Of a stretch of 39,875 nucleotides of DNA, positions 29,001 through 38,000 are shown in pieces. Under the pieces are notes generated by a model. The model saw nothing but the letters and a program-made list of their open reading frames with translations. It was not told the DNA's origin and made no database searches. Numbering within the stretch: position 1 is the first letter of the stretch; each line of letters starts with the position of its first letter. The position numbers were made by a program, and so were the translations under genes. The stretch covers positions 1 through 39,875 of the forward strand of contig JAHFGE010000004.1 in the NCBI GenBank assembly GCA_023247575.1, read 5' to 3'. The DNA comes from Candidatus Omnitrophota bacterium. GTDB taxonomy: Bacteria; Omnitrophota; Gorgyraeia; Zapsychrales; Fredricksoniimonadaceae.

Positions 29001-32000
29001 AATCCCCCGGCGCCAGGTAGATCCCGTGGATCAAAACTTACTAGATCATTGTCATCAAAAGACGAGACCGGAATTCTATCCAGAATAAATCCAGCGTTAA
29101 TCCCTGCTTTGTATATATTTCTTCCCGCTACCCAGGCCTGGGCAACGGCAATTTCTTCTCCCTCATGGTGGATATAGATAGTGTCCCCTTCTTTCCTGGG
29201 GCTCATCTGGCTAAGCTTCTCCCAGAGAAGATCAACCATCTCACCCCGTCCTGTATCGCGCAGTTTTTTGCAGAAACAATTCACGTCGGATACTTGACGT
29301 AAAAATATTCCCAACGGCATCCCAACTGGCCTCCTTGCGGGAACCTTTACAACAGTAGGTACGGTCTGCGCCTTCTGTTTTCTTTTGAGTTCTTCCCTAC
29401 GTCCTTCTTCTCGTAATTTTTCAAATTTTTGTTTTAGTGCTGCATCAATCTCAAGTTCCTTTCCAACCGACCAACATGGACTCGGCTCATTCAACCTCCT
29501 GAAATAATTAATTTCAACGTAAAGACGCCAGCCTACTCTCAAAAGAACGTACCCTCCAGCGACGATTAAGAAAAACATCCTGTAAAAATCAAACATGACA
29601 TAAATGGCAGAGGCGATTACTGGAACCAATGGAGCTCTATTGGTTACCATCTCGACTTTCGTTAGAGGGCGGCTTGTGATATTCGCATTTGTATCAGCCC
29701 TGGCTATGTCGCCAGTCAATAGTATGAACCCGCAGGTTACAAGCGCAAGCGGGACAAGGAACAAAGGCAGTATGCGCCCAGTCCGGCCGGGCTTGCAAAT
29801 CGACGGCTTCCCACAAATCGACGGCTTCCCCTCATTGACAACTTCTAACTGAGGTGCTATAGTTTGATTAACTAAAAAAGAGGATTGCCTTACGGTGCGC
29901 AAAACAAAAAACAGACTCAAAATGAATATTAAAACCCCGAATGGTAAAAGATTTAATGCCGACAAGTGGCTTACGGAACATTTCGAAGAGCTTGTCAATA
30001 AATTTCCCGGCGAATATATAATTGTGGCTAATGGAAAAATATATCGTAAAGGCCCCCCCCGCCAATTGAGAGATAGGGCCTTAAAAGAAAATCCAGGTGC
30101 TGTTATTATGGGGCACCGAGTTCCCCGTCCAAAAGATTTTCTATGCGCGCTCATCGGGCAATAAAGTTCCCTTACAAAGCCTACAGGATGTTTCCCTGTC
30201 CCATAGTTCCTGTTCAATTGCAGGGACCTAAAGGTTGGTTTACTGCTGACGCCTATGTGGATAGCGGGGCTTTTTATTCTGTTTTCTGTATTCAAGATGC
30301 TGAAATGATCGGGCTTGACTACAAGTGCGGTCGACGAAGTAGCATCTGTGTCGGGGACGGAGATTCTATCCCTGTATATTTCCATACCCTCCCTGTAACC
30401 ATAGGAAATATTTCTCTCAACGCTATAATCGGATTCTCCGAAAAACTGAAAGTAGGATTTAATCTCCTCGGCCGCAGAAGCATATTCGAACGATTTGTGG
30501 TGATCTTTGATGACGTCAGACGCCAGATCACCTTTATCCCGCGCCGATGAATTAACTTTCTCTAAAACATCAGCCCTGGCTATGTCACCGGTCAATAGTA
30601 TGAACCCGCAGGTTACAAGCGCAAGCGGGACAAGGAGTAAAGGCAGTATGCGCCCTGAGGACGATTCGACGGGCGCTGGCACAGAGGTAGACGAATTAGG
30701 TGCTGTGTCCCCGGAATTCTGTACTTTTCCCCATTCATCAAAGATAGCAGGCGACACCTCTGCCATCATCGACGGCAAAATTGTGCAGGCCAAGACAACG
30801 AGCAGCACAGGAACCGTCCCTAAATGCGCCAGCCCCGCTGCCCCGCCGTTGGCGGGGGCAAGAAGCGGGGCCAGCGCAATACCAACACCCACCGCTGCCG
30901 CTGCACCTACAAGCGCAGTATTTACTATCCTTGCTGATTTGTAAACTGTACCGTTTGCTTGACGAGAAATGTCTTGAGTTCTCTGGAGGGTTAAATGCCC
31001 CCTCAATGCTTGACCCGCTGCCGTATATGATGTATGCTTTGAAATGAAAAGAGGACTTATAATGCTAAGAGTGAACCCCTTGACCCAGAGAGAAACCAAA
31101 GCGGTTAATGTATACAAAGCACTGTTGCTTAAAGCATTTCCAGGCCGTATCCAAAACTTTTTACTTTTTGGGTCCAAAGCCCGTCGAACGGCTGGTCGCT
31201 GGTCAGATATCGATCTTCTAGTTGTTCTTACAAAAAACGGCCGCAAGGCCCGCAAAGAAATCGCCGCGCTCACCCATGAGCCGATTGCCAAATACGGCGT
31301 TGAACTTTCCCCTGTCGTAGTGACCGCGTCCGAGATGAAGGAATGGTCGCCATTTATCGCCCACATCAAAAAAGAAGCAATTCCCATATGAACAAGAAGC
31401 AAGAATACGTAAACCTGCGCCTGAGACTGGCCAAAGAGAAATTGAAAGTGGCGGAGCTTTTGGCTAAAAGCGGCAGTTACCGCGACTCCATTTCCAGAGC
31501 CTATTATGCGATCTTTTATGCCGCAAAGGCCTTTTTGCTGTTTCACGGGCAGGACCCGACTTCTCACAAAGGTGTCAGCGTTCTTTTTCATAAATTCTGT
31601 GCCACGCACAAGCACCCTGACGCAAGTTTCGCCAAAATGCTTTCTGTTCTTCAAGAAGCACGTCAAGAAGCCGATTACAAAGAAAAAGTACGCCTTACGA
31701 AACGCGACGCCAAAGAAGCCGTCGCCTCTGCGAGAATTTTCCTTAAGGAAATCTACCGTCTCATTCGGGGCCACTAAAAGCCAAAGTTTCGCAATTCCCA
31801 GCGTCCTTACTGCCGTTGAGGCCATGACCTTCATTGTGCCCCACCCAAAGAAATGGCAGCCATCCAAGCCATTGCTTGCGGCGAGAGGCGCGGCGGCGGG
31901 TTGAGTCTTATCGTCACGTAATTTCTTCAAAGACTCCTGGAAATCACACAATACGGCAGCGGTGATTTTGTGCGATCGGCTGGATTCTATTTCCAAAAAT

Positions 32001-35000
32001 TGACTCATCGTGTTCTTGGCGCATTCTTCAACAACGTTACGGTATTCTTGCTTCAACTCAAGCGGGAAAAGAACAGTGATGGTTTTAATAACTGCTGCAT
32101 TAAGCCGACAGGCTGATTCGCCGGGATTTTTTGGTCTTAACATTTCGGCCATGGCCCGGGCAAAAGTTAACTTCCACTCGTTGGGGCACTCAGTCCACAA
32201 ACATTTCAATTGATCCAGAGCTTTCTCTGGTGTAATACGTCCAAACACCTTTTCTCCCCAAATGGCATCCGCTAAGGCAATCATTTGTTCTCCCAAACTG
32301 TTGCGAATATAGTCAGGAATTTGTCCCTCGCCTAAGATGACAGGGGCAGGTCCTTCAACGGCCCTTGCTTGAGGCAATGGCTGGTGCAGGACAGTCGCAT
32401 CGGCTACGGTCAAGGCAGGCATGGGAATTGACGGTGAAGACGCTGGCTTCGATGGAACGGATTTCTGCGGGAGACCAACAACATTGCGACCCATAATGTT
32501 AGAAAGGACGTCTCTTTCCCGGTGCTCAGGGATCAGGCCCGCTTCCCATCTATTTATCTTCCAAGTATACATTCTCAGGAATTGTGTAAAACCTGTGGGA
32601 TCACGGTCCTGCCAATGGCCCAAATATTGTTCACGTTCTTCTGCCGTCTTAAATGAACGAAGCACCGGCACATCAAAGACATCTCCCTCGATTAACAGTT
32701 TTAACGTCACAGTTTCCCATGTCGCGCAAAGCCTCTCTCGAACGAGTTTCAATGTTTTAGGATATTTCCCGGCATCCTGCCACGCCTGGGAAAATGTCAT
32801 TGCTCGCGTTATAATAACTGGGTCCACACCCAGGGCCCGTGCCAGGCAGAAAAGATTGTAAGGCAATGGGGCGCCGGCCTGCCACGCAAACCGCCCTTCA
32901 TTTTTAACGATGCCCCCTTGCTCTCTTTCCATATTAAAGTAACTTGTATATCCTATGTTGGCCTTCTTCAAGAATTCTCTGATGTCTTCATCAGGGCTCA
33001 CCCAAATCCTCAAAAATGCGATACGGTAACCGGTGGGTTTATCCTTAAGATGAACCAAGACTTCTTCCGGGAGAGCCAGTGTGCATGAAATCTCCCCATA
33101 ATGAGCCAGAGGTATAATAACTTTATCTTCCCACTGCACGTATGGTGTTTGCGGATTGATCCGCCCTTTAAATTCCTTAACTTTATCTTTAACTTCCTCA
33201 TAGGCAGCCATTCGTTCTCTATTAAGCCTCCCAATACGTTCCTGCCCGGCGGCTCTTTGGACAATGATGTTGCGGATTGCCTCTTCGTCTTCGAGAGCGG
33301 TTTCACCTGCTTTCCAGGCCTCTGCTTTGTCGGCTGTAAATCCTGATCCTAACAGCGCCTGTACACCTTGCGTCGAGAAACGTATGGAACCATCAAACCA
33401 ATAGGCCAAGAGGGCAGCGAGAATGTCTTTTCCAGGAGTTACCAGCCCCATCATGTTTTCTCGCTGATCATCTTCCATAAACGGATTAAGCCGACGGACG
33501 TCTATGCCGAGCATATGGGCCGCATCGGTTTGATTTCTATTTGCAGCAACAAGCGCCAGGGAATACGCACGCCAATGCAATTCTTCCAAAGACAACGTGG
33601 CCGGGTGCTCTGCTTTCAGAAAAATGCCGAATTGTTCTCCCAGAATTTTCCTTGCCCGTCCTGGATGACGTAATTCGGAATGCTCATGCAAAATAAACGC
33701 CAATGGTGTTAATGTTTTCTGGTACAATCCGCGCTCACTGACACCCAAGCGATCCCTCAATTCCTTTCTCACTCCTGCTCCCATTTCGGTGGCATCCTGT
33801 GACATGGCTGCAATCGTCGACAGAATTCCGATAAGTTCAATAAGTTCAACGAGAGTCGCCTCTTCTTTACCTGCACTTTCTTTTCGCAACCAGCTATAAA
33901 AAGACGGCCATATAAAGCCCGCGGGACCGGATAGGAGTGTTTGAACTTGTGTTGATTCACCTGATTCCTGTAAAAGGCGTACGGCCTGGGTTTGTTTTTT
34001 CTGCGCAGCACGGGTGTCCAAGCCGATGATGTTCTCTAAATAGCATGCCACCAAAGTCAGCGGCTGCGGGCTCCGTTTTTTGAGAACAGTATATTCGCCA
34101 AGGGCATCCAGCAAAAATTTGTGTCTTCGCTCAAGGTCGGTTGAGGCAAAGCCCCTGAGGGCCATGATCAACGTTTGCCACTCGAGGGTCTTTTTGGCTT
34201 CCTCCAGCGGCACATTCTTTTGCCGTTGATCCGATAACCATTTTAAAAAACGCTCCAATAGGGTACCGGTTGTTGGGAGAGGTTTAGGGATGACTTTCAA
34301 AGGAGCTGCTGGCAATTCGACAGTTATTTTTGCATCTAAAGGCGCAACGGCCTTAGTCGTTGGACCAATTGCTGTTGATTGAACTGGCGGGGCCAACGGG
34401 GCCACCCCCACTGCCGCTGGTTTCGTTTCCGTTAAACTTTTGGCCGCTGCTTCCGCCGCCGGTTGATCTTGACTGGCAGATGGCAAGGCTGGTCCAGTAA
34501 CTGGCGTTTCAGCACCAGTCTCAACCGGACCTTTCACAGGGCTACTGGTTATCCGAACCAATGTGGCCACCAGTTTGTCATAATGCAATCTGGCGTTTGA
34601 ACGGACGGAAAGGAACCTTTCTGGTGTTGAAAATTTGTACTGAGAATCAAACGTACCCAAAAGCCGAAAGACCTCCGCCAATTTCCCACGAATAACCTCC
34701 ACGGTAGTAGTGCCTAATTGAAAATTTAGAAAATCAAGTTCTGCATCTACCAGGCTAAGCGATGCCTCAAGAAGCATTCTAGGGCCTTCCTCTAACATAT
34801 CCATGTTACTGGATGCCTCTGTCAACAAATGTCTGACCCTTTCCCTCGCGGCATCGACTATTGTTCTTTCCCTTTGAAGTTCTTCTGCGGCCTGATGAAT
34901 AATCTCTCTGGCTCTGGTAAGATACCGGTTAAACTCGTTAAGATCGAATCTCTCCGGCCTAGATCTTTGTATAGAGGACCACGATGTTGTGCAAAGAAAG

Positions 35001-38000
35001 GCAAAGCCGGCGATGGCCGCAAGGAAAAGCCACGGGGACCCGGCTGCCAATGCCAATACAGCAAGGAAAAACACTACCGGCGAGCGAAGCTTGGTGAGAT
35101 CTATCGCCGGTTTTCCTTTATAGTTCAACTGTCCGTTTCTATTCGGAAGTTTTGCGGTTCTAGCCTTCAGCAATGCGCTCCATAGGCTATGACGGATAAC
35201 TTCAATGGTCAGCCGATGTTTTGCCCTTTGGCGACCGTGCGAGAATACAAGTCGTCCGTCAAGATAAACCTCTGTTTGAGCGCCCGGAGTTTTATAATCG
35301 TTCATGATTCTTCGAAAGAAATTTCTCAACAACCCATTGTAAGAAGCTGCAGGCGGAACAGAAAAATCATAACGGACCAAATCCGGCCGGTCTTTGAGGT
35401 TGTCCAGCACATGCTCCAGACTAGTGACCACACCGCGCGGGTTAAGCCACACTGCCTGCGCCGGCAGGACGGCCGTGAATTCCTGATGACCGCTGCGAAA
35501 TACAGCACGTGCTGTACCCATGATGGTTCGCCGCAGGCAATCCACTAAATCTCCACCGACGAAAAGGCCGGCCACTGGCAACGGCTTCGAGGGCGTAAAA
35601 TGTCCCCATTCGCTCTCGTGTGGCCTTAGTCTGAAACGACGCAGTGCGTCCGGATAAAACCACTGCCCATTGATCAAAATATAGCGGCGCTCGAGTGTGG
35701 GCCAAGCGAGCACTCCTTTATACTCGTCCATGAAGAGCTCATCTGGATGCGTTAGAACAAAAAAGTTTAGGGGTGTGCCCCTTAGCTTGAAATTCGACTG
35801 GACGACGGACGCCGATACTATACCGAGGAGGAAAAAGCCGGCGATGGCGAGAACAACAAGTAATGCAGGGACTATGCCATACGAAACAATCTTGTGGACC
35901 GTTACCCAAACCCGTTTCGAGGCCGCCGAAAGCGACTTCTTAAGGGACTGTTTGAGCATATACCGTCCCGTTTTACCGGGCAGCGCCAAAAGACCACTTG
36001 AGAGAAAACCAGCTTTCGGGAAGAACCGGAAGGCAATGGTAAGAATTTTCTTCGGCAAATATGTCAATACCAAAGCTAAAGCTATCGTTGTCCAGAAAAA
36101 TTCTTCGGTAATCTGCCCAAAAGAAGAACGCAGTTTAGGATGAACCGCTACCCACATCTCTTCAAATTCAAGTGCCTCAACAACCAGATGTCTTGCGAAC
36201 TTCTCGATCTTGCGTGACGGAATGCCGGACATGACTCCAAGACCCCAGATAATGGTCCGTGTCGTCTCAACGTAATGCTGAATACTGACGACCGGTCCCT
36301 TAAAAGGCGGCGGCGCAAGAAAAATGAATCCCTTATGAATGAAACCAGCAAGCCGTATGTTTTGTTCTTCAAGATGATCAAAAAACTTCTTGTCGCCGAC
36401 AATGATGATGTCGTTAGGCTCTATCCTCTCGAGCAAATTCCTATTTATTGGTTGAATTCGAGCCACGTTTTCCTCCATGTCATTCGGAAAATAATAGCGG
36501 ACATTTTCTAGATACCCTGCGCCGATGGGGCCAATTCTTAATGCCTCCTTCACACTATGCACCTGCCACAATGACAGCGATTTACCGTCGAGTGTCCGCC
36601 AGGCAAAGCGTTCTCGCTGAGAGCGATGAAACACCGCCGCCAACCAAGCCAAGCCGACCATGGTAAGGGCGCCGATAATCCACGGCGCCGCGATATGCAC
36701 AGCGGCCATAAGCCCGCCCCAGCCCGGCCCGTCAAAAACTGATCCAATTTTTGACAAGGTCTCGCCAAGACCGAAGGTCATGGCGGACACGTCGGGAAGC
36801 ATGAGGGCGAGGGACCATAGATTAAGGTATTGCAACGACGCGGGGAAAATAGATCCGATACTGCCAGTGATATGAATTCTGGCTTGACGTGATAATCGTT
36901 CTATACTACGATGGCTTTTGTGGAGAATGCCGTCAAACCAATCAACTTTAGCTCGCACGCCAAGGAACAATTTACCTACCGTGGAACAAACGAAAGCGAA
37001 ATAACTTCTGCGATCCGCAATTCGCGGTGGGAAAAGGCGGAACTCGGGCGCATGCAATGCAAGAAAGATCTTACCTACAATAAAGATTGGAACAATAAGT
37101 ACTACGCCACAAAACAAGTAAAGCCAATATTCATTGAGGAAAAAGATAGAATTGCAGTGATTACCGTTTACGTGTATTATTTCTAATAAGGAGGAAACAT
37201 GCGCATTACTTATGACCCAACTGTTGATGCCTTGTATATAAGATTCGAGGAAACTACCGTTACTACCAAGCACCTTTCCGAGGGCATAGCCGCTGACTAC
37301 GCCCCAGACGGCAGCCTTGCCGGCATCGAAATTCTGGACGCGGTAAGACGCTTTGGGGGAGACAAGACAACTCTCAAGAAGGTTACTCTTGAAGAAATAG
37401 GTTTGGCTGCTTAGGAAGACACCGACCAGTACAATCAAGGAAAGAATGTTTGTCAATATCCCTGGCGGGCCATGAAACAACGGGCCGAACCAGCCCGCCA
37501 CGTCGGGAAGCATGAGGGCGAGGGAAATGAAATTAAGACATGCTGTCCACCGAGCCATTGGACTGCTCTGAGCCGGCTCTTGAAGTCCGAACTCTTTAAG
37601 GAGATTCTCTTTATCAAAGGGCTGTTGACCCATACGCGCAAAATACTCGGCATTGTCGATGAAATTTTGTATGTCCTTGAATGGAAATGCCCTAAGTATT
37701 GAAAATCCCTGCGGTGTCAATAAGAGGACCTTAAAAAAGAATTGATACGTTCCCTCAACAGCTGCTTTAACTCCTTCGGCATTGAGACCAAGAATAATAT
37801 ATTTCAATAAATCTGCGGATAAATGAACATAAAAAGCATAGTAATCGGCATATTGAAGAGTCAGGGCTGATTCATGGACATGGCCGCGGCGCTGTTGACT
37901 AATATCTGGAGAATCCAAAGCCTTTTGATAGGCCCCTTCGATAGCTTCGCTTCCTCCCGGAACATAATCGGTCCTTCGGATTATGGCAAATATTTCGGCA

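Noticed and set aside
29693-30655. The 87-bp repeats as CRISPR repeats or integron attC sites
   Set aside because: There are only two copies, 876 bp apart. They are direct, not palindromic, and both are translated in frame as a TM segment of the giant ORF. No cas or intI gene is in the window.
30507-36143. Long + strand track ORFs inside the giant gene (30507-30944, 31506-31904, 32421-32861, 34829-35185, 35189-35548, 35697-36143)
   Set aside because: Their translations are compositionally odd (Ser/Arg/Cys/Pro-rich) and show no recognisable motif, SD or promoter. They behave like antisense shadow ORFs, unlike the eight nested genes that have clear family signatures and expression signals.
36884-36907. 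TTGACG and TATACT hexamers as the promoter of module B
   Set aside because: The hexamers are only 12 nt apart and the -10 would end 3 nt from the ATG. The spacing is incompatible with a sigma-70 promoter, so no promoter is called for module B.
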